A DNA stretch of 64,000 nucleotides from Halarcobacter sp. (GCA_963676565.1 OY781089.1:1664001-1728000), one strand, 5' to 3'. Positions 1 to 11,999 are shown, counted from the first letter of the stretch. Notes: generated from the letters alone by a model not told the origin. Numbers and translations: made by a program.

Positions 1-78
1 GATACAGTTGATTCTCTTATGAAGCTAGACTTAGCTCCAGAAGTTGATGTTGAAGTTAGATCAATGGGTCAAGAATAA
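1..78 (+). CDS. rpsJ: 30S ribosomal protein S10, C-terminal part (runs off window start)
   Basis: Frame 1 reads DTVDSLMKLDLAPEVDVEVRSMGQE*, the S10 C-terminus, directly upstream of rplC. Confidence 0.95.
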   Translation, partial: DTVDSLMKLDLAPEVDVEVRSMGQE

Positions 79-94
79 GAAGAAAGGGTAATAA

Positions 95-670
95 ATGGAA
101 TTTATCGTAGAAAAAATCGGTATGAGTAGAACTGTTTCAGTTCCATCTACACCAGTTACACTTTTAAAAGTTCTTGATACTAAAGTATGTGACGTAAATG
201 AGGGTGTAGCACTTGTTTCGTATGCTGCAGGGAAGAAATTCAATAAAGCAATCGAAGGTCAACAAAAAAAATTCGGATTAAGCAAAGAGTTTAATAGATT
301 TGCAACATTAAATGTAGCAAATACTGAAGCTGGTGATTTAGATGTAACTGTATTAGCTGAAGCTAAAGTTTTAAAAACAACTTTTAAAACTAAAGGTAGA
401 GGTTTTTCTGGTGGAGTTAAAAGATGGAACTTCGCTGGTGGTAGAGCATCACACGGACACAGAATGGGTAGAAGAGTTGGTTCTATCGGTAACTGTGAAT
501 GGCCAGGTAGAGTTATGCCAGGTAAAAAAATGCCAGGACAATACGGAAATACAAATGTAACTGTTAAAAATGAAGTTGTTTCATTCGATGCAGAAACAGG
601 TATATTAGTTGTAAAAGGTTCAGTTTCTGGATCAAATGGTAGATTAGGAAAAGTAAGGATTGCTAAATGA
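95..670 (+). CDS. rplC: 50S ribosomal protein L3
   Basis: KIGMSR N-terminus, [14 protein letters not shown] and [14 protein letters not shown] motifs; S10 operon position. Confidence 0.98.
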   Translation: MEFIVEKIGMSRTVSVPSTPVTLLKVLDTKVCDVNEGVALVSYAAGKKFNKAIEGQQKKFGLSKEFNRFATLNVANTEAGDLDVTVLAEAKVLKTTFKTKGRGFSGGVKRWNFAGGRASHGHRMGRRVGSIGNCEWPGRVMPGKKMPGQYGNTNVTVKNEVVSFDAETGILVVKGSVSGSNGRLGKVRIAK

Positions 671-1257
671 GTAACGCAGTAGCAGTAAAAACAAATGAGT
701 TACCAGAGTCTTTTAAAGACATTAACTCACACAATTTATATCTTTATGTTAAATCTTACTTAGCTGCTCAAAGAGCAAATACTGCTAGAGTAAAAAACAG
801 AACAGAAGTAAGCGGTGGTGGTAAAAAACCAAAAGCTCAAAAAGGTTCTGGTGGAGCAAGATGGGGTTCTAAAAGATCACCACTATTCGTTGGTGGAGGT
901 CAAGTATTTGGACCTACAAAAAGAAACTACAACCAAAAGATCAACAAAAAGCAAAAAGCTTTAGCATTAAAATATGCTATTAACGCTCAAGCTGACAATG
1001 GTTCTTTATTTGTTGCTGATTCAATCAAAGTTGAATCTGGTAAAACTAAAGATGCGGTTTCAATCATTAGTGCATTAAATGCAAGAGATACATTAGTAAT
1101 TGTTAATACAATTGATGAAAAAACATATTTAGCGTTCAGAAATGTTAAAAACTGTTACATGATTGAAAAACAAGAAGTAAATGCTTATGTAGTTGCAGCA
1201 TACCATTCAGTACTTGTTGAAAAAGAAGTACTTGAATCATTAACAAAAGAGGCGTAA
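667..1257 (+). CDS. rplD: 50S ribosomal protein L4
   Basis: [29 protein letters not shown] motif; follows rplC. Confidence 0.98.
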   Translation: MSNAVAVKTNELPESFKDINSHNLYLYVKSYLAAQRANTARVKNRTEVSGGGKKPKAQKGSGGARWGSKRSPLFVGGGQVFGPTKRNYNQKINKKQKALALKYAINAQADNGSLFVADSIKVESGKTKDAVSIISALNARDTLVIVNTIDEKTYLAFRNVKNCYMIEKQEVNAYVVAAYHSVLVEKEVLESLTKEA

Positions 1258-1258
1258 G

Positions 1259-1540
1259 ATGGCAGATATTACAGATATTAAAGCAATATTATACACAGAA
1301 AAGACAATCGAGCTTCAAGAAAACGGTGTAATCGTTGTTCAAACTAGTCCTAGAATGACTAAAAACGGTTTAAAAGAAGTATTTAAAGAGTATTTTGGTG
1401 TTACTCCATTAAAAATTAACTCTTTAAGACAAGATGGTAAAGTTAAAAGATTTAGAGGAAGACCTGGAAAAAGACCAGACTTCAAAAAATTCTATGTTAC
1501 ATTACCAGAAGACGCAGAAATTGCGAACTTATCAGCGTAA
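1259..1540 (+). CDS. rplW: 50S ribosomal protein L23
   Basis: TEK motif, GKVKR..KKFYVTL; operon position. Confidence 0.97.
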   Translation: MADITDIKAILYTEKTIELQENGVIVVQTSPRMTKNGLKEVFKEYFGVTPLKINSLRQDGKVKRFRGRPGKRPDFKKFYVTLPEDAEIANLSA

Positions 1541-1551
1541 GGAGATTATAG

Positions 1552-2379
1552 ATGGCAATTAAAAAATTTAGACCAATAACTCCTGCAAGAAGATTCATGT
1601 CTGTTATGGATACTTCTGATATTACTTCTAAACCAACAGTTAGATCTTTATTAAAAAGAATTAGCGCAAAAGCTGGTAGAAATAATAACGGTAGAATTAC
1701 TTCAAGACACAAAGAAGCAGGTGCTAAAAAATTATATAGAATTATTGACTTCAAAAGAAATAAATTTGGTGTTGAAGGAACAGTTGCAACTGTTGAGTAC
1801 GATCCATACAGAAACTGTAGAATTTGTTTAATTAACTATTTAGATGGTGACAAAAGATATATCTTACAACCATCAGGATTAAAAGTTGGAGATAAAGTTC
1901 AAGCTGCTGAATCTGGATTAGATATTGTTCCAGGTAACGCTATGACTTTAAAAGCAATTCCAGTTGGTACAATGGTTCATAATGTTGAACTTAAACCTGG
2001 AAAAGGTGGACAATTAGTAAGATCTGCTGGTGCATATGCACAAATCATGGGTAGAGAAGACAAATATGTTATTTTAAGATTACCATCAGGTGAGATGAGA
2101 AAAATCTTAGGTGTTTGTATTGCAACTATTGGTGTTGTTGGAAACGAAGATTTCTCAAACATGGTAATTGGTAAAGCTGGTAGAACTAGACACCTTGGTA
2201 TTAGACCACAAACTAGAGGTTCTGCAATGAACCCAATTGATCACCCACACGGTGGTGGTGAAGGTAAAACTAACTCAGGAAGACATCCAGTTACTCCTTG
2301 GGGTATGCCAACTAAAGGTTATAAAACTAGAAAGAAAAAAGCTAGTGATAAATTAATCATTTCAAGAAGAAAGAAGTAA
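1552..2379 (+). CDS. rplB: 50S ribosomal protein L2
   Basis: [28 protein letters not shown] motifs. Confidence 0.99.
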   Translation: MAIKKFRPITPARRFMSVMDTSDITSKPTVRSLLKRISAKAGRNNNGRITSRHKEAGAKKLYRIIDFKRNKFGVEGTVATVEYDPYRNCRICLINYLDGDKRYILQPSGLKVGDKVQAAESGLDIVPGNAMTLKAIPVGTMVHNVELKPGKGGQLVRSAGAYAQIMGREDKYVILRLPSGEMRKILGVCIATIGVVGNEDFSNMVIGKAGRTRHLGIRPQTRGSAMNPIDHPHGGGEGKTNSGRHPVTPWGMPTKGYKTRKKKASDKLIISRRKK

Positions 2380-2388
2380 GGGTTTAAG

Positions 2389-2664
2389 ATGGCAAGATCA
2401 ATAAAAAAAGGTCCATTTGTAGACGCACACTTAATGAAAAAAGTTATCAAAGCTAATGAAGCTAATGATAAAAAACCAATTAAAACTTGGTCAAGAAGAT
2501 CAATGGTATTACCAGATATGATTGGATTAACTTTCAATGTGCACAATGGAAGAAACTTCGTTCCAGTAAATATTACTGAGAATCACGTTGGATATAAATT
2601 AGGTGAATTTGCACCAACTAGAACATTCAAGGGCCATAAAGGTTCTGTACAGAAGAAGGCGTAA
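2389..2664 (+). CDS. rpsS: 30S ribosomal protein S19
   Basis: [28 protein letters not shown]. Confidence 0.99.
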   Translation: MARSIKKGPFVDAHLMKKVIKANEANDKKPIKTWSRRSMVLPDMIGLTFNVHNGRNFVPVNITENHVGYKLGEFAPTRTFKGHKGSVQKKA

Positions 2665-2666
2665 TA

Positions 2667-2999
2667 ATGGGTAAAGCTATATTAAGATTTATTAGAGTTT
2701 CTCCAACTAAAGCAAGATTAATTGCAAGAGAAGTTCAAGGTATGAATGCAGAGTATGCAATTGCATCTTTAGAATTCACTCCTAACAAAGCTGCTGGTAT
2801 TATTTCAAAAGTTATCGCTTCTGCTGTAGCAAACGCTGGTTTAGAACCAGAAGAAGCTGTAATTACATCTGCTAGAGTAGATAAAGGTCCAGTTTTAAAA
2901 AGATTCACTCCAAGAGCAAGAGGTAGTGCATCACCAAAACATAAACCAACTGCACACATTATGATTGAAGTAGCGGCTGCTGAAAAAGGAGATAAGTAA
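2667..2999 (+). CDS. rplV: 50S ribosomal protein L22
   Basis: [25 protein letters not shown]. Confidence 0.98.
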   Translation: MGKAILRFIRVSPTKARLIAREVQGMNAEYAIASLEFTPNKAAGIISKVIASAVANAGLEPEEAVITSARVDKGPVLKRFTPRARGSASPKHKPTAHIMIEVAAAEKGDK

Positions 3000-3700
3000 T
3001 GGGTCAAAAAGTTAATCCAATAGGTTTAAGATTAGGTATCAACAGAAACTGGGAATCTAGATGGTTTCCTAAATTCTCTAATATGCCTGCAAACGTTGCT
3101 GAAGATGACAAAATCAGAAAGTATGTTAAAAAAGAATTATACTATGCTGGAATTGCTCAAACAATCGTAGAAAGAACTGCTAAAAAAGTTAGAGTTACTG
3201 TTGTTGCTGCTAGACCTGGTATCATCATTGGTAAAAAAGGTGCAGATGTTGAAAAACTAAAAAACAATCTTTCTAAATTAGTTGGTAAAGAGATTGCAGT
3301 TAACATTAAAGAAGAGAGAAAACCACAACTTTCTGGTCAATTAGCTGCTGAAAATGTTGCTCAACAATTAGAAAGAAGAGTTGCATTTAGAAGAGCTATG
3401 AAAAGAGTTATGCAAAATGCAATTAAATCTGGTGCAAAAGGTATTAAAGTATCTGTTTCTGGTAGACTTGGTGGAGCTGAAATGGCTAGAACTGAGTGGT
3501 ACTTAGAGGGAAGAGTTCCTTTACATACATTAAGAGCTAGAATTGATTATGGTTTCGCTGAAGCACATACAACTTATGGTTGTATTGGTATTAAAGTATG
3601 GATCTTCAAAGGTGAGGTACTTGCAAAAGGTATCCCTGCTGAAAAAGACACTGCTTCTAAACCACAAAAAAGAAGACCAAGTAAAAGAAGAGGTAAATAA
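2999..3700 (+). CDS. rpsC: 30S ribosomal protein S3
   Basis: [37 protein letters not shown]. Confidence 0.99.
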   Translation: MGQKVNPIGLRLGINRNWESRWFPKFSNMPANVAEDDKIRKYVKKELYYAGIAQTIVERTAKKVRVTVVAARPGIIIGKKGADVEKLKNNLSKLVGKEIAVNIKEERKPQLSGQLAAENVAQQLERRVAFRRAMKRVMQNAIKSGAKGIKVSVSGRLGGAEMARTEWYLEGRVPLHTLRARIDYGFAEAHTTYGCIGIKVWIFKGEVLAKGIPAEKDTASKPQKRRPSKRRGK

Positions 3701-3702
3701 TT

Positions 3703-4128
3703 ATGTTAATGCCTAAAAGAACAAAATACAGAAAGCAAATGAAGGGTAGAAACAGAGGTAAATCTGGAAGAGCCAACACTTTAGCTTATGGTGAGTTTGG
3801 AATCAAAGCACTTGAACATGGAAGAATCGATTCAAGACAAATTGAAGCTGCCAGAATTGCTATGACAAGAGCTATCAAAAGAGCTGGTAAAGTATGGATT
3901 ATGGTATTCCCTCATAAACCTTTAACTAAAAGACCACTAGAAGTGAGAATGGGTAAAGGTAAAGGTCCAATTGACAAGTGGGTAATGAATATTAAGCCAG
4001 GAAGAATTTGTTTCGAAATGGCGGGTGTTTCTGAAGATTTAGCAAAATCTGCTCTAACTTTAGCACAACACAAATTACCATTCAAAACTAAAATTGTAAG
4101 TAGAGAAAGTGAAAATGATTTATTCTGA
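3703..4128 (+). CDS. rplP: 50S ribosomal protein L16
   Basis: [25 protein letters not shown]. Confidence 0.99.
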   Translation: MLMPKRTKYRKQMKGRNRGKSGRANTLAYGEFGIKALEHGRIDSRQIEAARIAMTRAIKRAGKVWIMVFPHKPLTKRPLEVRMGKGKGPIDKWVMNIKPGRICFEMAGVSEDLAKSALTLAQHKLPFKTKIVSRESENDLF

Positions 4129-4306
4129 TTTAAATGAAAAAAGCTTACAAGAGCTAAATGAGTTATTAAAAGAGAAAAAGGTGCTTCTTTTTGAATTAAA
4201 AGCTAAGCTAAAAACTATGCAGTTAACAAATACTTCTGAATTAAGAGCGTGCAAAAAAGATATCGCTAGAATTCAAACAGCAATTACTGCAGCTAAAGCT
4301 AAGTAA
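4115..4306 (+). CDS. rpmC: 50S ribosomal protein L29
   Basis: KKDIARIQT motif between rplP and rpsQ; ATG 4115 preferred over GTG 4109. Confidence 0.95.
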   Translation: MIYSDLNEKSLQELNELLKEKKVLLFELKAKLKTMQLTNTSELRACKKDIARIQTAITAAKAK

Positions 4307-4317
4307 GGATCTAAAGT

Positions 4318-4569
4318 ATGACACATAAAAGAGAGATTCAAGGTGTTGTAGTAAAAAAATCTGGTGATAAGACTGCTTCAGTATTAGTTACTAGATACGT
4401 TTTACACCCAAAATACCACAAGACTGTTAAGAGATTTAAAAAATACTTAGTGCATGATGAAAGAAATGAATTAAATGAAGGTGACACTGTAATTGCGGTT
4501 GAGTGTAGACCTCTTTCTAAAACAAAATCTTTCAGATTAAAGAAAATTGTTGCTACAGGAGTTAAATAA
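4318..4569 (+). CDS. rpsQ: 30S ribosomal protein S17
   Basis: [19 protein letters not shown]. Confidence 0.98.
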   Translation: MTHKREIQGVVVKKSGDKTASVLVTRYVLHPKYHKTVKRFKKYLVHDERNELNEGDTVIAVECRPLSKTKSFRLKKIVATGVK

Positions 4570-4937
4570 TGATTCAAAGTTTTACTAGATTAAATGTAGC
4601 TGATAACACTGGTGCTAAAGAGATCATGTGTATCAAAGTTCTTGGTGGAAGTCATAGAAGATATGCTTCTGTTGGTGATGTAATTGTAGCTTCAGTTAAA
4701 AAAGCTTTACCAACTGGTAAAGTTAAAAAAGGTGCTGTTGTTAAAGCTGTTGTTGTAAGAACTCATAAAGAAGTTCAAAGAGAAAACGGATCTTTAATTA
4801 GATTTGATGACAACGCTGCAGTTATCCTTGATGCTAAAAAAGAGCCAATTGGGACAAGAATTTTTGGACCTGTTGCTAGAGAAGTTAGATACGCAGGATT
4901 CATGAAAATTGTTTCACTTGCTCCGGAGGTACTATAA
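4569..4937 (+). CDS. rplN: 50S ribosomal protein L14
   Basis: [26 protein letters not shown]. Confidence 0.99.
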   Translation: MIQSFTRLNVADNTGAKEIMCIKVLGGSHRRYASVGDVIVASVKKALPTGKVKKGAVVKAVVVRTHKEVQRENGSLIRFDDNAAVILDAKKEPIGTRIFGPVAREVRYAGFMKIVSLAPEVL

Positions 4938-5167
4938 TGGCTTTAAAAATTAAAAAAGGTGATACTGTAAAAATCATCGCTGGTGATGATAAGGGTAAAA
5001 CTGGTGAAGTTTTAGCTGTAATCCCATCAAAAAAACAAGTAATTGTTAAAGATTGTAAAGTTGCTAAAAAAACTGTTAAACCATCTGAAGAAAATAAAGA
5101 TGGTGGATTTGTAAACAAAGAGATGCCAATTGATATCTCAAATGTAGCAAAAGTAGAAGGTGAATAG
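4937..5167 (+). CDS. rplX: 50S ribosomal protein L24
   Basis: KOW motif [26 protein letters not shown]. Confidence 0.98.
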   Translation: MALKIKKGDTVKIIAGDDKGKTGEVLAVIPSKKQVIVKDCKVAKKTVKPSEENKDGGFVNKEMPIDISNVAKVEGE

Positions 5168-5168
5168 T

Positions 5169-5717
5169 ATGGCAGCAAGATTATTAGAAAGATATAAAAC
5201 AGAAATTAAACCAGTTTTAGAAACTGAATTTCCTAAAAATAAAATGTTAACTGCTAAATTAGACAAAGTTGTTATCTCTGTTGGTGCAGGTGAAGCAATG
5301 AAAGATTCTAAATTAATGCAAAACATTCAAGATACAATCTCTTTAATCGCTGGTCAACAAGCAGTTAAAGTTATTGCTAAAAAATCAGTTGCTGGTTTTA
5401 AAGTAAGAGAAGGTTACCCTGTAGGTGTTAAAGTAACTCTTAGAGGTGAACAAATGTATACATTCTTAGATAAATTATGTTCAATCGCTTTACCAAGAGT
5501 AAAAGACTTTAGAGGTCTTAATAGAAATGGTTTTGATGGTCAAGGTAACTTTAACTTTGGTCTTGATGAACAATTAATGTTCCCAGAAGTAGTTTATGAT
5601 AACATTATCAAAACTCATGGTATGAATATTTCAATTTCAACAACTGCAAACAATGATCAAGAAGCATATAGATTATTAGAGCTTGTTGGAGTTCCATTTA
5701 CTAAAGGAAGAGCGTAA
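5169..5717 (+). CDS. rplE: 50S ribosomal protein L5
   Basis: [26 protein letters not shown] at 5169 right after the rplX stop. Confidence 0.98.
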   Translation: MAARLLERYKTEIKPVLETEFPKNKMLTAKLDKVVISVGAGEAMKDSKLMQNIQDTISLIAGQQAVKVIAKKSVAGFKVREGYPVGVKVTLRGEQMYTFLDKLCSIALPRVKDFRGLNRNGFDGQGNFNFGLDEQLMFPEVVYDNIIKTHGMNISISTTANNDQEAYRLLELVGVPFTKGRA

Positions 5718-5902
5718 TGGCAAAGAAATCTATGATTGCTAAACAAAAGAGAACTCCTAAGTTCTCTTCAAGAGCATATACAAGATGTTCAGTATGTGGT
5801 AGACCACATTCAGTATACAGAGATTTTGGTCTTTGTAGAGTTTGTTTAAGAAAAATGGCTAACGAGGGATTACTTCCTGGCGTTAAGAAATCTAGTTGGT
5901 AG
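5717..5902 (+). CDS. rpsN: 30S ribosomal protein S14, zinc-binding (C+) type
   Basis: 61 aa with CSVC and CRVC zinc motifs, [11 protein letters not shown]. Confidence 0.98.
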   Translation: MAKKSMIAKQKRTPKFSSRAYTRCSVCGRPHSVYRDFGLCRVCLRKMANEGLLPGVKKSSW

Positions 5903-5915
5903 GAGAATAAAAGCT

Positions 5916-6314
5916 ATGATGAATGATATTATCGCAGATGCTTTAACTAGAATTAGAAATGCTGCAATGAGAAAATTAGAAGTTGCAACATTATTACATT
6001 CTAATACAGTTGTTGGTATCTTAGAAGTTTTACAACAAAAAGAGTATATTGAATCTTTCAAAGTAATTGATGGTGAAAATAATAAAAAGACTATTCAAGT
6101 AACATTGAAATATGATGATAACGACAACTCAGTTATTAACGAAATTAAAAGAGTTTCAACACCAGGTAGAAGAGTTTACAAAGGTGCTGAAGAGATTAAA
6201 AGTTTTAAAAACGGATATGGTACAATCATTGTTTCTACAAACAAAGGTGTAATTGCAAATGATGAAGCTCACGCTGCTAAAGTTGGTGGTGAAGTGCTTT
6301 GTACTGTATGGTAG
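5916..6314 (+). CDS. rpsH: 30S ribosomal protein S8
   Basis: [31 protein letters not shown]. Confidence 0.99.
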   Translation: MMNDIIADALTRIRNAAMRKLEVATLLHSNTVVGILEVLQQKEYIESFKVIDGENNKKTIQVTLKYDDNDNSVINEIKRVSTPGRRVYKGAEEIKSFKNGYGTIIVSTNKGVIANDEAHAAKVGGEVLCTVW

Positions 6315-6323
6315 GAGAATGTA

Positions 6324-6857
6324 ATGTCTAGAATTGGAAAAAAACCTATCACTATCCCATCAGGAGTTGAAGTAACTGTTGATGGTACAGTAGTAAACGT
6401 AAAAAAAGGGAACAAAACTATTCCTGTTGAAACACACGGAAGAGTTGAAACTAAAATCGAAAACAACGAAGTTGTTTTAGAAAAAGTTGGAGAAACTAAA
6501 GAATCTTCTGCTTTCTGGGGAACTTACAGAGCATTAATTAACAATGCAGTTGTTGGTTTATCTGAAGGTTTCCAAAAATCTCTTGAAATCAACGGTGTTG
6601 GTTATAGAGCTGCTGTAAAAGGAAAAGTATTAGAACTACAATTAGGTTATTCTCACCCAATTAACTATGAAATCGCTGATGGATTAGAAATTACTGTTGA
6701 GAAAAACATTATTCACGTAAAAGGTGCTGACAAACAACAAGTTGGTCAAGCTGCTGCGATTATTAGAGGCTTTAGAGCTCCTGAACCATACAAAGGTAAA
6801 GGTGTGAAATATACTGACGAGCATATCGTTAGAAAAGCTGGTAAAACTGCTAAGTAA
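6324..6857 (+). CDS. rplF: 50S ribosomal protein L6
   Basis: [23 protein letters not shown]. Confidence 0.99.
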   Translation: MSRIGKKPITIPSGVEVTVDGTVVNVKKGNKTIPVETHGRVETKIENNEVVLEKVGETKESSAFWGTYRALINNAVVGLSEGFQKSLEINGVGYRAAVKGKVLELQLGYSHPINYEIADGLEITVEKNIIHVKGADKQQVGQAAAIIRGFRAPEPYKGKGVKYTDEHIVRKAGKTAK

Positions 6858-6867
6858 GGTGTGAAGT

Positions 6868-7230
6868 ATGAGTAGAGCAAAAGATTTATTAAAAAAGAAC
6901 TCTTTAAGAGCAATCAGAAAAAAAAGAGTTAGAGGAAGTATCGGAAAAGGTACAGCTGAAACACCTAGAGTAACAATTTTTAGATCAAATAAATACTTAA
7001 GTGCACAAGCAATTAATGATATTGATGGTGTTACATTAGCAGCTTCTGGTTCTAAAGCTTTAGGATTAGGTGCTAATAAAGAAAGTGCAGCAAAAGTTGC
7101 AGCAGAATTTGCAGAAAAATTAAAAGCTGCTGGAATTGAAGTAGTTAAATTTGATAGAAATGGGTACCTTTATCATGGTGTTGTTGCAGCATTTGCTGAT
7201 GCACTAAGAGAAAATGGTATCAAATTATAA
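6868..7230 (+). CDS. rplR: 50S ribosomal protein L18
   Basis: [16 protein letters not shown]. Confidence 0.98.
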   Translation: MSRAKDLLKKNSLRAIRKKRVRGSIGKGTAETPRVTIFRSNKYLSAQAINDIDGVTLAASGSKALGLGANKESAAKVAAEFAEKLKAAGIEVVKFDRNGYLYHGVVAAFADALRENGIKL

Positions 7231-7236
7231 GGGTTA

Positions 7237-7683
7237 ATGATGGCAGCAGTAAATAGAGAAGATTTTCAAGAAGCAATCGTTAAAATCGGAAGAGTAACAA
7301 AAGTTGTAAAAGGTGGTAGAAGATTTAGATTTACAGCTTTAGTTGTTGTTGGAGATAAAAACGGTACAGTAGGATTTGGAACAGGAAAAGCAAAAGAGGT
7401 TCCTGATGCAATTAAAAAAGCTTTAGATGATGCATTCAAGTCTTTAGTTAAAGTTAACATTCATGGTACTACAATTACACATGATATTGAACATAAATAT
7501 AATTCAAGTAAAATTCTTTTAAAACCAGCTTCAGAAGGTACAGGACTTATCGCAGGTGGTGCGACAAGACCAGTTCTAGAGTTAGCAGGGGTTAAAGATA
7601 TTATTGCGAAATCTTTAGGTTCAAATAATCCAAATAACCTTGTACAAGCTACAGTTGAAGCATTAGCAAGAATTAAAGGATAA
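7237..7683 (+). CDS. rpsE: 30S ribosomal protein S5
   Basis: [26 protein letters not shown]. Confidence 0.99.
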   Translation: MMAAVNREDFQEAIVKIGRVTKVVKGGRRFRFTALVVVGDKNGTVGFGTGKAKEVPDAIKKALDDAFKSLVKVNIHGTTITHDIEHKYNSSKILLKPASEGTGLIAGGATRPVLELAGVKDIIAKSLGSNNPNNLVQATVEALARIKG

Positions 7684-7688
7684 GAAAG

Positions 7689-8087
7689 ATGGCATTAGAT
7701 AATTTACAACCAGCAACTGGAAGTACTAAAAACGTAAAAAGAGTAGGTAGAGGTCAAGGTTCAGGAATGGGTAAGACTTCTACAAGAGGTCAAAAAGGTC
7801 AAAAATCTAGATCTGGATTTAAAATTAAAAGACACTTTGAAGGTGGTCAAATGCCACTTCAAAAAAGAGTTCCTAAAATAGGATTCTTTTCAAGAGTATC
7901 TAAGCCTTATACAATTAATGTTGAAAAAGTAAAACAAGTGGCAGCACTTGAAGAGATTACAGTTGAAACTATTAAATCTGTATACAAACTATCTAAGTCT
8001 GTTACAAAAGTTAAATTAATTGGTGCAACTGCAAAAGACTTAGCATCTAAAATTAAAGACGAAAACGTAACAACTACTGGAAATTAG
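7689..8087 (+). CDS. rplO: 50S ribosomal protein L15
   Basis: [33 protein letters not shown]. Confidence 0.98.
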   Translation: MALDNLQPATGSTKNVKRVGRGQGSGMGKTSTRGQKGQKSRSGFKIKRHFEGGQMPLQKRVPKIGFFSRVSKPYTINVEKVKQVAALEEITVETIKSVYKLSKSVTKVKLIGATAKDLASKIKDENVTTTGN

Positions 8088-8089
8088 TT

Positions 8090-9352
8090 ATGAGTAAAGA
8101 TCTAATAAATAAGATTCTTATTACATTAGGTTTTATTTTACTTTACAGGTTACTGGCATACGTGCCAGTTCCTGGAGTTAATATAGACGTAGTTAAAGAA
8201 TTCTTCGATTCAAATGCAAATAATGCATTGGGTCTTGTAAATATGTTTAGTGGTAATGCAGTTGAAAGACTGTCAATTATTTCACTAGGTATTATGCCTT
8301 ACATTACAGCTTCAATTATTATGGAGCTATTAGCCGCAACTTTCCCTAACCTTGGTAAAATGAAAAAAGAGCGAGATGGGATGCAAAAATATATGCAAAT
8401 CATCAGATATACAACTATTGTAATTACTTTAATTCAATCTGTTGGTGTATCAATGGGTCTTAATTCATTAACTGGACAAAGTGGACAAAGTGCAATTTCA
8501 ATTGATATGGATACGTTTGTAGCTGTATCATCAATTTCTATGTTAACTGGTACAATGCTTCTTATGTGGATTGGTGAACAAATCACTCAAAAAGGTATTG
8601 GTAACGGTATTTCATTAATTATCTTCGCTGGTATTGTTTCTGCAATTCCTGGAGCAATTGGTGGAACTATTGATTTAGTTAACAATGGACAAATGAATTT
8701 CTTAACGGTAATTGCAATTTTAGTAATTGTTTTAGCTACTGTTGGAGCAATTATTTATGTAGAATTAGGTGAAAGAAGAGTACCTGTTTCTTACTCTAGA
8801 AAAGTTATGATGCAAAATCAGAAAAAAAGAGTAATGAATTATATTCCAATAAAAGTGAATTTATCAGGTGTTATTCCAGCTATTTTTGCAAGTGCAATTT
8901 TAATGTTCCCTGCAACTATATTGCAAGGTACACAAAATAAGTATTTATTAATGGTAGCAGATTTCTTAAGTCCACAATCATATACATTTAATGTACTTAT
9001 GTTTTTATTTGTAGTTTTCTTTGCATTCTTCTATGCATCAATTACATTTAATGCAAAAGACATTTCTGAAAACTTAAAAAAACAAGGTGGTTTTATTCCT
9101 GGTGTTAGACCTGGAGCATCGACTGCAGATTTTTTAAATGAAGTAGCTAGTAGATTAACTCTTTGGGGTGCAATCTATTTAGGACTTATTTCAACTTTAC
9201 CATGGCTAATTGTAAAAGCTATGGGTGTTCCTTTCTATTTCGGAGGGGTTGCTGTACTTATTGTTGTTCAAGTTGCAATTGATACTATGAGAAAAATTGA
9301 AGCTCAACAATATATGAATAAGTACGAAACATTAAGTGCAGTTGGACTGTAA
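8090..9352 (+). CDS. secY: Preprotein translocase subunit SecY
   Basis: LGIMPYITASII, GIGNGISLII, FIPGVRPG; many TM segments. Confidence 0.99.
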   Translation: MSKDLINKILITLGFILLYRLLAYVPVPGVNIDVVKEFFDSNANNALGLVNMFSGNAVERLSIISLGIMPYITASIIMELLAATFPNLGKMKKERDGMQKYMQIIRYTTIVITLIQSVGVSMGLNSLTGQSGQSAISIDMDTFVAVSSISMLTGTMLLMWIGEQITQKGIGNGISLIIFAGIVSAIPGAIGGTIDLVNNGQMNFLTVIAILVIVLATVGAIIYVELGERRVPVSYSRKVMMQNQKKRVMNYIPIKVNLSGVIPAIFASAILMFPATILQGTQNKYLLMVADFLSPQSYTFNVLMFLFVVFFAFFYASITFNAKDISENLKKQGGFIPGVRPGASTADFLNEVASRLTLWGAIYLGLISTLPWLIVKAMGVPFYFGGVAVLIVVQVAIDTMRKIEAQQYMNKYETLSAVGL

Positions 9353-9358
9353 TTAATT

Positions 9359-10123
9359 ATGGCTATTCCTTTAAGAAAACCAAACGAAATATCTAAGTTA
9401 GCAACGGCGTCTCAAGCTGTTGCTAAAACACTAAAATACCTAGAACAAAATGTTAAAGCAGGAATGACTTTAAAAGAGGTAGATGCAATGGGTGAAGCAT
9501 ATTTGCGAAATCTTGGTGCAAGACCATCTTTTAAAGGACTTTATGGTTTCCCAGGCGCAGTATGTACTTCGTTAAATGAAGTTATTATTCATGGAATCCC
9601 TGATGATACAGTTTTAAAAGAGGGTGACATTTTAGGATTAGATGTAGGTAGCGAGATAGATGGATGGTATGGTGATGCAGCAATTACTATGCCTATAGGA
9701 CAAATATCAAAAGAAGATGAAGCTTTAATTGCTTGTTCAAAAGATGCTTTATATCATGCAATTGATGTGATTAAAGAGGGTATGAGATTTAAAGAATTAT
9801 CTTTAGAAATTGAAAAATTCATTGTTAGTAAAGGTTATCAACCACTAACAAGGTTTTGTGGACATGGAATTGGTAAAAAACCTCATGGTGAACCTGAAAT
9901 TCCTAATTATTTAGAATCAGGAAACGCAAAATCAGGCCCAAAAATCAAAAATGGTATGGTGTTTTGTTTAGAACCTATGATTTGTCAAAAACTTAGAGAA
10001 CCAGTTATTTTAGATAATGAATGGGATGTCGTAAGTGAAGATAGATTAAGAGGTAGTCATTATGAGCATACAGTTGCTGTAGTAGACGGAAAAGCAGTGA
10101 TTTTAAGTCAAGTAGATGAGTAA
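9359..10123 (+). CDS. map: Type I methionine aminopeptidase
   Basis: [24 protein letters not shown] metal-site motifs. Confidence 0.97.
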   Translation: MAIPLRKPNEISKLATASQAVAKTLKYLEQNVKAGMTLKEVDAMGEAYLRNLGARPSFKGLYGFPGAVCTSLNEVIIHGIPDDTVLKEGDILGLDVGSEIDGWYGDAAITMPIGQISKEDEALIACSKDALYHAIDVIKEGMRFKELSLEIEKFIVSKGYQPLTRFCGHGIGKKPHGEPEIPNYLESGNAKSGPKIKNGMVFCLEPMICQKLREPVILDNEWDVVSEDRLRGSHYEHTVAVVDGKAVILSQVDE

Positions 10124-10137
10124 ACTTAGGAGACAAA

Positions 10138-10356
10138 GTGGCAAAAGATGATGTAATAGTAATTGATGGAAAAGTAATTGAAGCTTTACCAAATGCTATG
10201 TTTAGAGTTGAATTAGATAATGGACATGTTGTATTGTGTCATATCTCAGGAAAAATGAGAATGCACTATATTAAGATCTTACCTGGAGACAAAGTAAAAG
10301 TTGAAATTACTCCTTACTCTCTAGATAAGGGAAGAATTACACATAGATATAAATAA
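10138..10356 (+). CDS. infA: Translation initiation factor IF-1 (GTG start)
   Basis: [26 protein letters not shown]. Confidence 0.99.
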   Translation: MAKDDVIVIDGKVIEALPNAMFRVELDNGHVVLCHISGKMRMHYIKILPGDKVKVEITPYSLDKGRITHRYK

Positions 10357-10363
10357 TAATATT

Positions 10364-10402
10364 TAGAGACAATATTAATTTAGATTATTTTTATTGTCTC
10401 TA
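10364..10402 (+). terminator. Stem-loop after infA, probable end of the ribosomal operon
   Basis: TAGAGACAATA (10364-74) pairs with TATTGTCTCTA (10392-402), followed by a T-rich tail. Confidence 0.6.
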
Positions 10403-10450
10403 TATTATTTTGTGTTATAATATGTAAAAACTATTTAAGTGCATATTATA

Positions 10451-11701
10451 ATGAAAAACACAGAACTTCTTTCAAAACAAACTTTAGAAAATTTAAAACA
10501 GCAAAATAAATCTTTAAGCCCTGAAAACTATGAAAGGGAATTTTTTAAACTTTCAACACAACAAAATATAATTTTTGAAGAAAAAAAACAATTAGATTCT
10601 ATACAAAATAATTTATGCAAATTAGAGAAAAAATCAATTAAAGATGGTATTACTTTTAAAGAGATCTCAGAGATTTTAAGTAAAAGAATAAATAGCCAAC
10701 AAGTAAAACAATTTTTAAAAGATTTATCTTATTTTATGTCACCTTCTTTATCAAAGGATACCAAAAATGATATTGATAAATTGTGTGAAGAGATTTCAAA
10801 TAATCCAAATGAATTAATAAATATTGATAATCTTAGAAGATTACGTGAGTTAACAAATCTTAGAATAAAAGATGACAAGAATATTTATAATGAAAAAACT
10901 GAAGATATAAAAAAACTTATAAGATTTTTAGTTGAAATATTTACAAAAACTGTTAATGAAACAAATATTACCCTTGATAAAATTATTGAAATAAAAAAAG
11001 AAATAAAAAATTTAGATTTATCAGATTCTTCAACAAAACAAGTTAGTTTACTACATAAAAAATTAATTGATAATATTGATGAGATTGAAAGAAATCTAAA
11101 ATCAAATAACGATTCACTTTTAAACTCACAAAATAATACTGATGAATTATATAATCAAATTGAAAATTTAAAATGCAGTTTAGATAAAGCAGAAGAGGAA
11201 AAATCAATTGATTTTTTAACTGGTGTTTTAACAAGAAGGGCTTTTGCCCAAGAGAGTAAAAGAGCTGACAATGAGTATAATGTATTTGAAGCAAAATATG
11301 CTGTTGTATTTTTTGATATAGACCATTTCAAAAAAATAAATGATAATTTTGGGCATGACTGTGGTGATAGTGTACTTTATACCTTTGCTTCAATATTAAA
11401 TAAACTTACTAGAAATGAAGATATTATATGTAGATATGGTGGTGAAGAGTTTGTAGCAATAATTCATTATAATAGTTTATTTGATGTAACAAATTATCTA
11501 AAAAGAGTTAAGAATATTATATCAACTAATAAATTTGTTTATAAAGAGTATAAAATTGAAGTAAACTTTTCAGCTGGTGTTGCCTTTAGAACTAATTATC
11601 ATAACTTTGAGGAAACGTTAAATTTTGCTGACAAACTTCTATATAAAGCAAAAAATGCAGGAAGAAATAAAATTATACTAGATAATAACGAAGAGTTTTA
11701 A
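10451..11701 (+). CDS. Cytoplasmic diguanylate cyclase (coiled-coil + GGDEF)
   Basis: DFLTG, DIDHFKKINDNFGH, RNED I-site and GGEEF A-site; ATG 10451 preferred over GTG 10439. Confidence 0.92.
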   Translation: MKNTELLSKQTLENLKQQNKSLSPENYEREFFKLSTQQNIIFEEKKQLDSIQNNLCKLEKKSIKDGITFKEISEILSKRINSQQVKQFLKDLSYFMSPSLSKDTKNDIDKLCEEISNNPNELINIDNLRRLRELTNLRIKDDKNIYNEKTEDIKKLIRFLVEIFTKTVNETNITLDKIIEIKKEIKNLDLSDSSTKQVSLLHKKLIDNIDEIERNLKSNNDSLLNSQNNTDELYNQIENLKCSLDKAEEEKSIDFLTGVLTRRAFAQESKRADNEYNVFEAKYAVVFFDIDHFKKINDNFGHDCGDSVLYTFASILNKLTRNEDIICRYGGEEFVAIIHYNSLFDVTNYLKRVKNIISTNKFVYKEYKIEVNFSAGVAFRTNYHNFEETLNFADKLLYKAKNAGRNKIILDNNEEF

Positions 11702-11710
11702 TAAACACAA

Positions 11711-11766
11711 CTATGAAGACTAAATGTAATTCTGTCGCGCGTGAATTTACAAATAAGTCTTCATAG
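11711..11766. terminator. 56-nt imperfect hairpin between convergent genes
   Basis: CTATGAAGACT / AGTCTTCATAG outer stem, TGTAATTC / GAATTTACA inner stem, GC-rich loop. Confidence 0.55.
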
Positions 11767-11772
11767 AACTAT

Positions 11773-11985
11773 TTATTTAATTCTATTTTTTGTTAAATTT
11801 ATCTCTTCTTCAATAAACTTTTTTTGTTCAATCATAAAATCTAAATGCTTTTTTAATAATTCTCTATCTGCATAGGATTTTATAATAAAATCATACAATT
11901 TAGGTCTATTTTTTTTCCAATTATGTAAGGTTGTTTTATTTACTTCTAAATCTTCTTCTAATTTTCTAAAACTTGGTATACTCAT
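11773..11985 (-). CDS. Small putative helix-turn-helix DNA-binding protein (70 aa)
   Basis: ATG 11985 preceded by AAGGA; FRKLEEDLEVNKTTLHNWKK is HTH-like; C-terminal coiled coil. Confidence 0.7.
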   Translation of the reverse strand: MSIPSFRKLEEDLEVNKTTLHNWKKNRPKLYDFIIKSYADRELLKKHLDFMIEQKKFIEEEINLTKNRIK

Positions 11986-11999
11986 TATAATCCTTGTGT

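Noticed and set aside
61..7460. Short minus-strand ORFs across the ribosomal operon (e.g. 61-243, 1497-1754, 2735-3007, 4900-5178)
   Set aside because: Antisense shadows of highly conserved genes; no motifs
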